Shown here one piece after another: positions 1-13,872 of a stretch of 64,000 nt of DNA (within the stretch, counting starts at the first letter, position 1; the number at the start of each line of letters is the position of its first letter). Under the pieces are notes generated by a model. That model had not been told where the DNA came from. It ran no database searches and was given only the letters and a program-made list of their open reading frames with translations. The stretch covers positions 70,742,001-70,806,000 of the forward strand of contig OX597822.1 in assembly GCA_951406725.2 (NCBI GenBank), written 5' to 3'. Made by a program: the position numbers and the translations under genes. Origin of the DNA: Octopus vulgaris (lineage: Eukaryota).

Positions 1-1665
1 AAGGGCATCCAGCTGTAAAATCCCTGCTAAAACAGACACAGTATCCTTGGGTCGATATTCTACCTGGCTGGCTCCTGTCAACTGCCCTACCCATGCATGC
101 ACGGAAGAGGGATGTTAAACAATGACGATGATGATGATATATATATATATGTATACACACACACACACACACATGATGGGATTGTTTCAGTTTCCATCCA
201 TTAAATCTACTCACAAGGCTTTAGTCAGCCCAAGGTGCCATGGACTGTGACTGAACCTGAAACCATGTGATTGGGAAGCCTGCATCTACAAATTTATTTA
301 TATTCATTACTGTTTAGTTCAAGGTCTATTATTATTATTATTATTATTGTTGATGCTATCGGTTTTGTTATTGTTGCTGTTGGTAGTGGTGTTATTATAG
401 CTAACAAGTTATTCATTATAATAATTACATTTGTTTGTCTTAAAGTTAATATTTAAATAAGGAACAAAAATCTATAAAAATCTTCAAAGATGCATCTGTT
501 GTCCTCACCCCTGCTGCCCCATTTGTCTCCAGTGCTCATATAAAATTTTCCACTAGTCCCTGGGGGTGATACCGCCCTCTTTGATAAGCACTTGTTTAAA
601 GTAGGGTTACTTGCCAACAAGATGTTACTTGACAACTTTATTTCAAAAACGAAAAAACAAAAAAAAAAAAAAACCAACTAAAAAACAGTGCAGAACAGCA
701 ATGAAAACGAACTGTTTATTATTTCCATAATTTATAATTACAACCTGTTTATCTTAGATTTTATTCAATTACTTTTTTCCATCTCATATCAGTCCTTCTT
801 TTTATGTCCACTTTTCTTCTTCTTCTTCTTCTTCTTTGCATTCACCGATGTCTTCCTAATCATTGTTGAATATTTTTTTTTCATCCCCCACATGCTATTT
901 GCATATTTCATCTCGGACATATTCGATGGATGTTTTACATGTGCAGATAGTTCTGATAAGACATAAATAAACATGTCTACTAGTTGAGAGTGTGATAGTT
1001 TCTTGGGTGGGGGTAGGGTGGGGTGGGGGGTGGCTAACAAAACGGAAAAAAGAAACGAAAGAAACAAAGGAATTATTCCCAGTTGAGAATATCCCACAAA
1101 TGCCTTTACTTCCCGTCATCTCATTCAGTGGAAGAAGGCATGTCAGGATGTATTCCATTTGTATGTAGTCCTGCCAACAATAAGATGTGAAGGAAGAAGG
1201 CTTTTGTATGCTGCTCTACGTATGTGTATGTGTATGCTTACTGTATGTTTATATTTATCTTATCAATGTCAGGTTTTTTTGTTTTTTTTTGTGTACATAT
1301 GTGTTTTACTGCGCTCGTCCTAAATGTAAATTCTCAACATTTGTATGTGTGTACACATGTACACGCACACACACACAAACGTATGCACGCGTGTGTGTCT
1401 GTATGTGGATTGAAGTGTATGTTTCTGTATGTGTTGTATGTATGTATGTATGTATGTATGTATGTGTGTATGTCGATACAAGTTTATGTTTGGGTTAGAA
1501 TTCAGTCCAACTCAATTTATTTACATACTGTACAAATACAAGGGAATGTAGATTACATCTTCGGTTGCAGGAGTAACACTAGAAAATAGAAGACAAACAA
1601 CAATAGTTGATGGCACTAAACAATACAGAAATATAAAATAATAATGATAATAATAATAAAAATAA

Positions 1666-1697
<32 letters not shown>

Positions 1698-2224
1698 ATA
1701 ATAAAAATAATAATAATAATAATAATAATGATGATAATAAAAATAATAATAATAATAATAATAGCAATAACATAGTCAAGGAGGGTTACCTAAGGCATGT
1801 TTCAACAATTGCTTGTTGAAATGACATGCAGTGATAACCGGATGATTACGTTATCATCATGATTACTTCCTCAAGAGTCGGTACATATCCTTATCGACAC
1901 GCAGATATAGCAATTTAAGGAGCCGTGTTTGCCGGTGTGACTGCACTGTAGGGAGAAGAGAGAGTTCGAAACTGGTTCATATGGCTTCCGAAATGGAAAT
2001 GTACCGAAAATGTAACGTGTCATAGATAACAATAAGACGAACTATCAGTTCTCGGTTGAATGCTATCTGAGATGTTGTTCAGCTCTCTCGACAGATAGCA
2101 GCTGTAATAAATCTTTTCTATGGCTTGAAGTGGAACAGTGATGAAGGCTTGTGCAGTTTTCATTGCCTGCTCAAGCCTATTTGCATTTTGGATGTGTACG
2201 TATATGTATGCCTGTCCTAATGTA

Positions 2225-2646
2225 TGGCTTGGCTGTGTGGTGAAGAAGTTTGCTTGCCAAGCATATGGTTTTGGGTTCAGTCCCCGGTATCATGGGCATT
2301 TGTCTTCTATCATAACTCTAGGCCAAGTAAAGCTGGTTGTGTATGTGTGTGTGTGTGAGTATTTGTGTGTTTGTGCACATGTGTGTGTGTGTTACTGTTT
2401 CCTTGCTTTGACTTTGCTTGGTTGTTGCAAAAGAGTATCACTGTCATACGAGTGGTATCCTTCATTTCCAATCTTCTGTCTGGTCATGGAGGAATATTGT
2501 CTTACTTGGAAACGGGTGAAGGTTGGTGATAGGGTGAGCACCCAGCTCGACAAATTCCATCTGACCAATGCAAGCGTGGAAAAGTAGACATAAAAACGAC
2601 GACAATGATGATGATGATGACAACATGATGATGACGATGATGATGA
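2225..2646 (+). mobile_element. SINE family A head with alternative (GAT)n-ended tail
   Basis: Family A head; tail cttggaaacgggtgaagg...ggaaaagtagac...gatgatg shared with 35617-36056 and partly with 1-135. Confidence 0.7.
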
Positions 2647-3200
2647 TATTTGCTACTTTATGTTTATGCATGTATTGATGGTTAGGTAGATATTCATATT
2701 TATTAGGTGTCCCAATTTCGTAATAAATTCTCACACCCTTTCATAAATGCATACAATTTGTGATCACAACTGAAAATTACTATTCAACATCGTTAGAATT
2801 AGTTATTTAATGACTCCAGTCTTTGAGAAGTCTTTTACTTAACACCGCTATTAATTTGTTCCGCTCTCCCCCCATCATCTATTCTACCATTCTTTTGCTA
2901 ATTTGCTACCATTGTCTTTATTGCTTTCAATGATGCTCTTTTAGAATAACACAGAACAACAGCAACACTGCCTCAGCTTCTACATTCTACCTAGCCCGTA
3001 CCTGTTAATGACACATTAGCTGTAATTCGTTAATTCAGAGTTTGCTTTAATTACCTCATCGTCTATCCCGGAGCCTCGTTCGTTTCCAGCAAGTGTTTTT
3101 ATGCTCTTCATTTGGATAGCTTTGAACATCAAACACCGTTCTAGAGTTTGAAATTAACTAAATAAATAAAAGTGGTTCCATTATAATTGTTTATTATTAC

Positions 3201-3242
<42 letters not shown>

Positions 3243-3286
3243 TACTACTATTACTACTACTATTATTATCATTATCGTTATTATTA

Positions 3287-3339
<53 letters not shown>

Positions 3340-3873
3340 GATTTTAATGTGGTGTTTAAAGTGTTTTTATTCCATCAAAAACTGCTGGAAAAAAAAAATT
3401 AAATAAACAAGGTGTGTGATGGGAGGGGGAGGGGGAGAACTGCATTGATAACTTTTTACATGTAAATTGAAAAATTAGTCAAATCAGCTGCAACATGTAT
3501 TTGAAATGTTAATTTTCTTCTTCTTTATTGTTGCGATTTATTAACATAACATTTTAATGATTTCCACTCCTGCCTCTCCTCGTCCTCCGCCTCTGTCTCT
3601 CTCCGTCTCCCGGCACTAGTTTTGCAAATAAAAAAGCAAAAAGTTTGAAATTATTAACTCTAAACTAAGTCTATAATATCTACTCATCTGTTGAACTTTA
3701 AGTTAACTAGAGTATATATATGTATGTGTGTTTGTGTGTGTGTGTTTGTGTGTGTGTGTCTGAAGTGATGGGCAATGACATCATAACAAAATGCAAAAAC
3801 GAGAGGAGAGAAAGAGAGTGGGTGAGTGGGTGGGTAGGGGTGTTTATGTTAGGATAATTTAATGAAATACATA

Positions 3874-3914
<41 letters not shown>

Positions 3915-4716
3915 CCCCTCTCACCTCTCTCGCATTTCGTCTTTGTAATAGCTACACAGAAAGAGCCACTGGTTTTACTTGAGAAACTAGAGCAGTGTTT
4001 GATGTTCAAAATTATGCGCATGAAGAGCATAAAGAATCGGGTTACTATTTGTGTGTTCATGTGTATGTATGTGTTTGTGTGTGTGTGTGTGTGTATTATA
4101 TACTGAGTCAATAAGAGAATTCATAGCTCTGCTTTATTTTGTTTACTGGTTTCGCTCATTGAACTGTGGCGGCCATGCTGGGGCTGACTTTGTAAATGAG
4201 ATTGTGTACCTTTGAAACCAAATATGATTGGATTCTTTTCCACCACCATCACCATCACCACCATCCCTCTTCCCCCTCCACCTCCCGTGTTGTTGGTTGC
4301 GTTAGAACGTTAATGCCTCTTCGCATGGCAACCCAGTCTATGTGCCTTTCAATGATGTGAAAAATATCTTTGATTGACCAAGTATTTATCATTAGCAATA
4401 TCACATAACCAAAAAGACTTGGGTTTTCAGGATTCTCTTCAGCAACACTTTCGGCACATTGGCAATAACATTTGCTAATTCCTTCCCAAGCCTTCATTTT
4501 CAAGCAAAAGTTAGGAATTTGTAAAGTGAAATACAAAGTTTTTCTTTCATGCCAGGAATATCAAATATACAAGTGAGAGAGGTATCTCATAGTTCAGTGA
4601 ACCCAATGTTTTGTACATATTAACTTTATCATCACCAACATCTTCAGCATCATCACCATCTGTATAAACAGAATATTATAATATTCATGTGGTTTCCTTT
4701 TGGTTTCTAATTTCAG

Positions 4717-4780
4717 AGTGAGAAAAAAAATGGCTGGCTGAACGTTGGGAATCTAGAAGGCTGTGTCCATTTTAAGATTG
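4717..4780 (+). CDS. MAP4K4: Internal coding exon of a Misshapen/MAP4K4/TNIK/MINK1-family Ste20 kinase (CNH domain)
   Basis: Acceptor ttctaatttcag|, donor |gtaagt. Encodes SEKKNGWLNVGNLEGCVHFKI plus G (phase 0 to 1), matching the MAP4K4 CNH segment [20 protein letters not shown]. The trailing G plus TA of the next exon makes Val. Confidence 0.93.
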
Positions 4781-5646
4781 GTAAGTTTTTTTCTTTTCCT
4801 GCTGATCTGTTTCTGAAAGATTTTTCTGATATCTTTGAAAAGGTTTTTGTATTTGTATTTGTATTTATTTGTGTTTCGTATTCGCATGAAAAGCAGATTA
4901 ATCCAATCTAGTTATTTATTCTGATAATCCATTAATCCATTGCTTCCTGCTTGCTGTTTAGATTAGTAATGTAGTAAAGCTGTAAGTAAAATGTAAATGA
5001 TATCAGAAGAAAAGATGAATTGAAAGAATCAGGGAAAGACCGAAGAAGAAAAGAAAGAAATCTTCTTTTCGGCTTTGTAAGGAATCTGTTATTGTTAAAT
5101 ACTAAAGGTGATAGGGAGGATTTGGGCTTTATTAGTCTTAGTAGAACTAATCTTCCCTCAAAGATAAGTGTTTTCCAGTTTAACATCAAAAACATTGACT
5201 GAAAGGAACCATGTCAAAACTGAATGGTTTTGTTTAGATCAGCCACAGGTCTCTTATGCATAGCGAGGACATGGAGAGAATGGATGTGTACAGGTGTGTG
5301 TATGAGATTATATATATATATATAGAAAGAGAGAAAGAGTGTTTGTGCAAATACAAGTGTACAGCCTGCAGTCAGATCTGAATGACTGAATGAATAATGA
5401 AACAGTTGGATAACGAAAGCAAGCATGGGAAAATTGAAAGGAGGTTTAAGCTATCAAGGACCAGCACCACATTGATTAGAGGGACAGAACATAAATACAT
5501 TACAACAAGTATAATATCTAGTACATATTCAAATGCTTCATGATACTCAGTTTAAATTCCGTTATTGATGATATCAAATGATCTTTTTTCCTGTATCTCC
5601 TGTTTGACCCTGGAGAAATATATTATTTTGTTAGTAAATTATTACC

Positions 5647-5868
5647 AGGGCAGTGGGCAGAATCGTTAGCACACTGGGCAAAATTTCATCTGCTGTTATG
5701 TTCAGAGTTCAAATTCTGCCGAGGTTGACTTTACCTTTCATCCTTTCAGGGTCAATTAAATAAGTACTGGTTATGCATTGGGGTTGATGTAATCGACTTA
5801 ATCCCTTTGTCTATCCTTGTTTGTCCCCTCTATGTTTAGCCCCTTATGGGCAATAAAGAAATAAAGAA
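5647..5868 (+). mobile_element. tRNA-derived SINE family B
   Basis: ggcagaatcgttagc...gagttcaaattc (B box)...cctttcatcctttc...tttagcccct...aaagaaataa. Confidence 0.8.
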
Positions 5869-5878
5869 ATTATTTCCT

Positions 5879-6246
5879 AGGAGTGGGTATGGCTGTGTGG
5901 CTAAGGAGCTTGCTTCCTGATCACATGATTTTGGGTTCACTCCCACTGCTTGACACCTTGGGCAAGTCTCTTCCACTGACTGACCCCAGGCTGACCAATG
6001 ACTTGTGAGTAAATTTGGTAGATGGGAACTATGTTGAAGCCTGTTGTGTTCGTGTGTTTTTATGCCTGTTTGTTCTTCCCTACTGCTTGACAACTGGTGT
6101 TGGTTTGTTCATGTCCTTGTAATTTAGCAGTTCAGCAAATGAAACTGGTAGAATAAGGACAAGACTGAAAACATAAATACTATGGTGGATTTGTTCAACT
6201 AAGCCCCAGCGTGACTGCGGGCCAATGATGAAGACTAATTAAAAAT
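5879..6246 (+). mobile_element. SINE family A (diverged)
   Basis: Homologous to 18251-18662. Confidence 0.75.
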
Positions 6247-7197
6247 AACTGTTAATAGACTGCTTACAATTAGAGAGAAACATATGATTGCATAATCAGT
6301 CCTATTGATCTTCTTCTCTCTCTTCTCCCACTAAAACAAAATGCAAAAAAGAAAAACAACAAATAAACAAACAAAGTAAGATATGTACTCGTCTTTGATA
6401 TTGGATAGAACAGGTGGGGCAGAGGGTATGCCCAGGTATGCAATAGAATGCCTGCAGAAGATTTGAACTTATGTTCTGTGAGCTGAGCAATTCTGTACCT
6501 TAACCACTTGGCCAATACAGTCAGACATGTTTGTGTATGTGCTCACGCGCATACATACGCATGCACACACGCACGCACACACCTATCACTTGTTTCTAGG
6601 AAGAGACTTCGTTTATCTTTCTCGATGTGACACCTTCTGTTTATGCAGTTTCTCTCATTTCACCCTGACAATACATGAATCTGTATCTTTTGTCTTGAAG
6701 ACAAACCAAATAAAAAGAAAACAATAAAAGAAATTAAGACAAAAAAGCAAACAAACAAACAAACAAAAAAAAAGATTACTTTCTGACAACGACCGTATCT
6801 GTAATGCATTTATACACACATGTATGCGAACACACTCGTAAATATAAATTTGATAAATTCATGGAAATTCTTATCTCCAGATATTTAAAGTGTGAAAGCT
6901 TCTTTGCAGCAGTAATTTTGAGTAAATAAATATGCACATTTATGCTGTTTTTCAATGCAGTTTCATATCCATTTATATGCACACACGTGCACACACACAC
7001 ACACAAGAGCACACATGCACTTAGATGTAATTATTGATAAACATGCACCCGTACACCAAAACATATGCACATAAATATATTTACACACTGGCAAGTGCTC
7101 TTGTTCTCTCGTATAGATACACACCCACTAGCATTAGTATATTCATATGCATAAACCCCTACAAATGCATATAAATACCTTTAAATTTATGCATATT

Positions 7198-7244
<47 letters not shown>

Positions 7245-7565
7245 CACACACACACATGTATATTCACACATATACATGCACATGCACACAAACACAGGTG
7301 TGTATATACATGATGTAATTATTTAGATAGCTAGCTGTGTGTGTTTGTGTGTGTGCTTCTATGCAAGTACATCACACACCTGCAGACATACACAGAGCTA
7401 TATGTTCAGGCACCTACAAACACACATGCATTTCCTTTCTATGCCACATGTTCAGAACCTGTTATAAACACCTGAGTCAGGCCTAATTTTCAGTAATTTT
7501 ATCATATTTTCCAGTTTCTTCAAGCAGAACATTTGAGTGTACACACACACACACACATACATTTA

Positions 7566-7617
<52 letters not shown>

Positions 7618-7871
7618 ATCATATATCCATTTATATGCACACAGACACACACACACTTATAATAATCACCATCATATATAAAATATAAAAATATAAGCCA
7701 CCTTTTACTGAGGTTATATTTCTTTTCTCTTTTATTAAGCACTTGTTTCAAAAGTTCTTTTTTTTTTATCAAACTGGATTTCATACCAGAACTTGCTATA
7801 TTTCTTGAATCTCATTATAATCTGCTTTTCCAAGAATGTCTTCCTTCATTTCTCACTCCTTGTCTTTCCAG

Positions 7872-7972
7872 TAAAATATGAACGGATCAAATTCCTTGTG
7901 ATAGCCCTTCAAGACTGCATTGAGATCTATGCTTGGGCTCCTAAACCTTATCATAAATTTATGGCATTCAAG
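7872..7972 (+). CDS. MAP4K4: Internal coding exon, msn/MAP4K4-family CNH domain
   Basis: Acceptor ccttgtctttccag|, donor |gtgagt. Encodes (V)[33 protein letters not shown], near-identical to the msn/MAP4K4/TNIK hallmark [31 protein letters not shown]. Phase 1 to 0. Confidence 0.97.
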
Positions 7973-8114
7973 GTGAGTTGTCTTTTAATCATCTTTTACT
8001 GATTTTCTAGACTTTTCTTTTCGTGTTTTTTCTTCTTTCCCTTTTTTATTACCCTATTCTTTGAAAGTCTGTTAAAAAATATATGTCTGTGTGTAGTCAT
8101 AATATATATTTGTA

Positions 8115-8222
8115 TTATAAATGTAAATGTAATACACACACATGCCTGTGTGTGTGTGTATAAATATATATATATATACACACATATATATCTATAAATA
8201 CAAATATAAATATAATACACAC

Positions 8223-8268
<46 letters not shown>

Positions 8269-8355
8269 CTACATATATACATATAAAAATACATATATAC
8301 AAATATAAATATAATACACGCACATACACACACGTGTGTGTATATATGTATATAT

Positions 8356-8399
<44 letters not shown>

Positions 8400-8612
8400 C
8401 TGTACATGTGTGTGTGTCTATATATGTATATATATATATATATATACACACACCCATTTATATACATAGATAAGTATATACAATTATATATATACATATA
8501 CACACACATTTATATATGTGTGTGTATGTATATATACACACACAAACACATTTATATTCATATATATGTATATGCAAATATATATACATATTTATATATA
8601 CGTACACACACA

Positions 8613-8655
<43 letters not shown>
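8115..8655. repeat. Compound (TA)n/(CA)n microsatellite just downstream of the second exon
   Basis: Read directly from the sequence. Confidence 0.9.
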
Positions 8656-8658
<3 letters not shown>

Positions 8659-9384
8659 CTTATTGGTTAAGAAGCTGCTTGAGTAATTTCTATGGTGTGA
8701 TTAGTTTCTTACCCGGAATCAACTCACATTAATCTTTTTGCTTCACTTCATTCCTCTGGTTGGTAGCTTACATACACTAGCAGATCCCTGTTCACATTTG
8801 AATGGTTAGCAATAATAAAAGGGGGGAAGGACATGTAGCATTAAATAAAACAAAACCGAAAAAAAAAGAAAGAAAGAAAGAAACCCAGCCCTGCATGGTA
8901 TCTTTTAAGTGGTCATTCAACATCAAATCACACCCTACCATCTTAGAAGGGAGAACATTACGTAATATAATCCGTGCTACACTGTATCTGAAAAATATTA
9001 ACAGAAGATGCTGCTGGAATGACTTCTGGTCATAAGTGAGTCGACTTGGTTAGAGTCGACTTGGGTCTAAATAGCAACAGGCTTAGAATTTTCTGGTGTA
9101 AATATGCAAATGTGCATCATCATCATTCTCATCATTTAACATGCAATTTTCCATGCTTCACCTTGATCAGGCAGAGTTTATTGAGGCAGATTTCTTACAT
9201 CTTGATGCCTTTCCTGTCACCAACCTTTAATATCTGGTTTCCAAGTTACGGCCTGACATGTTTTTGCAGTATATTGGACATGAATGTCATTCATTTGCAA
9301 CAATTGCAAGATGTGAGGTCTAGCAGATACAAACATACACTCACTCACAAACACATACACATGCATGCGTAAAGATATTGACTG

Positions 9385-9525
9385 ACTTCTTTCAGTTTCT
9401 ACCTACCAAATCCACTCACAAAGCTTTGGTTGGCCCAGGGCTGTAGTAGAAGACACTTGCCCAGAGTGTCACGCAGTGGAACTGATCTTGAAACCATGTG
9501 GTCGAGATCCACACAGCCATGCTTG
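9385..9525 (-). mobile_element. SINE family A 5' part
   Basis: cttctttcagtttc...aaatccactcacaaagc...gaagacacttgccc is the reverse complement of the family A head. Confidence 0.75.
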
Positions 9526-9630
9526 TACCAAAACGTAGATATGTAAATTAGCCTGTGAAAACAAAATAAATTCATCCATGATATAGCACTGAAAATTGAG
9601 TGTAAATCTCTAAATAAAATCGGAAGAAAC

Positions 9631-9765
9631 ATGGCCTAGTGGTTAAACAACTGGGCTTTTGATCATAAAGTTTTGAGTTCAATTCCCAGTTCAGATATGT
9701 TTTATTTTCTGGCACAATACTCTGCCTCACATTGCTCCAGTCTACTCAGCCAATGAAAATGAGTA
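9631..9765 (+). mobile_element. SINE family C-related head (diverged)
   Basis: tggcctagtggtt, gagttcaattccc, cacattgctccagtctactcagc. Confidence 0.55.
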
Positions 9766-10269
9766 TAAATACTGACCAAGCTAGTACAGTAGCGTTAACA
9801 ATTTAGTAGTTTTGGCCGAACATCTTCCACCTGGTGAGTTGTAAAGGCATTAAATGTGCTATCAGAAGTGAACAACAAGTAATATTCTTTGATTGGAAGA
9901 AGTACTATCAAGGGAAGAAAAACAGAAAGAATAAAATTTGTCTCAAATGGGCATGGAAATCCTGATATTGCAGAACCCACTAAACATCTACTTATCAACA
10001 GAATAAAAAAAAAAATAATAAGAGCTAAACTCACAGAATACAACAATAACTGCAGCCACAATGGCTAAAGAAATGCCAACAGCAAGAAGAACAATAACAG
10101 TAGCAAAACCAATGATCACACTAACCAAAAAAAAAAAAAAAAAAATTAAAAGTTATAGTAAAAATATAAACACAACAATCACCTCATCAAAAGTAGCAGC
10201 AAATCCAACAACAGCTGTGTAATGCCAATAACCAAATGCAAAAGTCCTCCTTTTCAACTTTACTGTTGT

Positions 10270-11100
10270 GAGTAGGAACAGCATTGAGTTGATGAAGTAT
10301 GTAGCATGTGTGTGTGTCTGTGTGTGTGTGTATGAACAAATGAGAGGAGCTCATCTCACAAAAACACTAGCAAAAATAGACGTTGCTGAAAATGTCATCA
10401 AAAGTCTATTTGACATTAAGAAAAGATTTGCCATGTGACATGAGAATTTTTTCCAACTTAGAGTGGATAATAACTTTCTGGAGGGTTTTTTTAAAGAAAC
10501 TCTCCATGGATTACCTGTTGTTATTTGAGAGCAAGGTAAGTTTCTTGCTTTTTCTCTGCCCAACATGGCCATATTAAGAATCAGTTCTATAAATGAATGT
10601 AGTCTGGAAAGGTCACATGCTTACGGATGTCAAAACACTGTATTTATTTAAATTTAGTGACCATCAGTGAGACCAGAATTTCTTTCACACAGTAACTTGT
10701 GCTTCTTCTTAATGACTATAAGATTATTGACCTTTTCAATCAATCTGGATTAAGCAAAGTGATAGTGTTATTTAGGAAAGATCTGGATCTTCAGGTATGG
10801 ATGGTAGGTAAGTTAAAGAATTGAGACATGAACAGCACCAAAGACTCTACCTTCTGACTTGTAACCATTTATGTCTCCTGGCTTGGGCCAGAGGAAGGGC
10901 TAATGAGTTCATCAGATATATGGAGTTTTTCAATTATATCAAGGGCTACAGTTCATCAGGACTGGAGTTCTTCAGATATATCAAAGCATTCTTGGAGTTT
11001 CCACTCATTAATGCTTGCTGAGGACTGGAATGTCATCTTAGATGCATACTGGAATTATTTGGGTAAGAATGTAAACACCTTGCAAACCTGCCCAGGCATT
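10270..11100 (+). pseudogene. Decayed L1/Tx1-clade LINE fragment (APE endonuclease start, possible ORF1 remnant upstream)
   Basis: From ATG 10565: MAILRISSINECSL (cf. LxIxSxNVRGL), then in broken frames LVTISETR (cf. LQETH), VIVLFRKD and DWNVILD (cf. GDFNxxLD). Multiple stops and frameshifts. Confidence 0.55.
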
Positions 11101-11433
11101 TCCAGCCCTCTGACAAAAGCTAACTTGTCCCATTTGTGGGTTATTGTTGATCTAGTGGTTGGTTCTTTGGCTATTCCATTTGGATTTTTTATTTACCCAG
11201 CTGGCATCATCCATTTGCATTGCGTACTCCTTCATCAGTAGGGTCTTCTCTTTTGCTCACTACACCCAGTTCCTCTTATACCCCGTTTGTTTTCTATCCA
11301 GTTCACTGGTGCTTTGTTGTCCATGCTCACTTGTGTTGGGTATGTGTGTGTTTATGACTTATCTAGAATGTAGAATAAATGTCTAAAGTTTTAAAGCTAA
11401 CACTCTTTTTGATTCTCACTCTTGCTTTCTGTC

Positions 11434-11489
<56 letters not shown>

Positions 11490-11572
11490 CCGGTTATTCA
11501 GAAGCTCCTTATTATTTATTATTTTAAAACAAGTTTTAATACTATCATTGCTATTCTATTGTGGATAACTTT

Positions 11573-11616
<44 letters not shown>

Positions 11617-13652
11617 GTATATACATACATGTGCATGTGTTTATTAGTGTTTGTGTATGTGTGTGTGTGTGTAAGCACACTCTTATCTGTGCATTTCATT
11701 AAGCTAAAAACAAGCCTTTTCCCTGTTATTGATTGGTCTTCTGCCTACAGGTAGATACCATTCCTTGTAGGGTTAGGTTTAAATTTAATAATACTGTTAT
11801 GGTTCTTTATAAATAAAGTCTAGATGTAATTATCTTTGTGTCCTTTGCAAATATCTACAAATATATATAAGTTAACAGTATTAACGATAAAAAAAAAAAA
11901 GAAATTGTATATCTATATTCAACTATGGCTATAAACCTTCTGGGACTTTCAAAAACATCTCAAATATTAATATTCTTCAAATTTATGGCAGTAGATATTT
12001 TCCAATCACAGAATTTTGGATTTTTTTTCCTTCTTTTAAACCATCTTCTCTTAACAGTAAAATTGGAAGTTTTATTACAAAATAAGATACATCTAAAGAT
12101 TTGCTAAAAATCATTAAATGAGTAATAAATCTGACTGTATTATATCTAGGATGACAGGTGTGTGTGTTGTTTGCTAGTTTTAAAGAAAAAGAAAAAAAAA
12201 AATCATTCTTGCTTTTGGATAAATCTGTTGACATCTACTAATTAATAATAATCTGATTGGCTACAGTTTTCTTATTTCACTTCTAAGCATGCCCTCCCCC
12301 CCTCTCCCATCACCTTACCATTTATTTATGGTTGCTTGTCTGTCACCTTTGCAAATACTTCAGTGAGACTATCTTACCAATGTGGCTTAACTGACAGCAG
12401 ACTTTCAAGGAATGTTAATGTAAAATATGGAATGAATTTTTCATGACATTGTGGAGATATCTGATTTTAATTTGCATTCTCCTGCTCTCATCCACTGAGC
12501 TGTGGTGTTTAATTATTAACATTAATATCTGCAGTAATCTTCACCGGTTATTAATAAAATTACATTAAAAGGATATATATGTGATATGATATTGCAGAAT
12601 ATCATATTATCAGATTGTTCTTGTCATCTCAATCTTTCTTTTGAACAGGAATCACATTTTCACTGGAGTCTGTCTCTTTCTTTAGTCTCAATAGAGTTCC
12701 TCAAACTTTTTTTATAGTTCACAGCACATATTCTTGACATATTTTCTTCACCACCATCTTCACTGCCATCCTGAAGTTTACTCAAGCATATTGCAAGTGA
12801 AGTTGTTGCTTTCTTTTGATTAAGCACAACCAAGCTATGTTTTATAAAAAAAGCGAAGAGTTATGGGAATCAGTGGCAATGATGCTTTTTCAAAAAATCA
12901 TTAGTTGCATAAATATATCAAGTGGGAATTAAAAATCTAATTTATGCATTTAACTTGCTGGAAGGCAATCCCTTCTGTTGTAGTAAAAACTACCATTAAT
13001 TGTCTATTAATATAATTAGTGGTATGTAATCTGTCTCTGCCCATCCACATCAGAAGCAATCAGCTTTGGTGATACTTTTAGTTTGTCACAATTTCTGGAG
13101 ATATGACAGGTCTTTTCATTATCTCAGCTACAATACTTTCACTGCAAGTAAACACTAACATAGTAAACTTGAGTTGAAAAGTACATAAGTTCAAACTACA
13201 TATAAATTGTGTATATGTATATGTATTTATTTATGTGTGTGTGTGTGTGTGTGTGTGTGTATCATACCATGCTGGTGTGCGTTGGACAGTTTGGCAGGGT
13301 CCAGTGGACTGAAGGACTACATCATGCACCGGTGTCTGCTTTGGTGTGGCTTCTACAGCTGGATGCCTTTCCTAACACCAACCACTTTACAATGTGTAAA
13401 TTCTGATGATATATATGGATGAATGTGTATTTCATTATTAATTAAATGATAAAGAGGAGCATGTATTCTATTCAGTTAATTCCACTTGGTGCAATTTGCC
13501 ATAAGTAATTTATTGCAAAACTGAATATTTATCCCTTATGGATTTTCCATGGGTACCCATTAGGATGGAAATAATAAATTAACCCCTATATGCCCACCAA
13601 TGTATGTCTTGTCTCAGTCTTATATGTTATCACACCATTTTGAAAGAGTTAA

Positions 13653-13872
13653 CCCGTTAGCATTTAATCTGCCCATATCTGGCACAAATATTCTCCTTGT
13701 TTTATGCACAAACAGGCCAGATCCAGCATCTCACTCCTACCCGACAATGTCATTCTAAAAATATACAATCACATCACTGAAATCTCAAAGCTACAAGATA
13801 ATGTATGATTAATTCAAAACTATGTAAATAAATAAGCAATGTATTTGACAGAGTAATTTGAGTGTTAAAGGG
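13653..13872. mobile_element. piggyBac-type MITE
   Basis: TTAA|CCC...GGG|TTAA termini, 220 bp; homologous in reverse orientation to 43960-44182. Confidence 0.8.

Larger units (their letters stand above)
4781..7871 (+). other. GT-AG intron (phase 1) of the msn/MAP4K4-family gene
   Basis: gtaagt...ttccag boundaries; the join keeps the reading frame. Confidence 0.9.

Noticed and set aside
1005-1033. G-quadruplex-capable G runs (also ~17587-17618)
   Set aside because: Such runs are common in this low-complexity DNA and nothing else supports a function.
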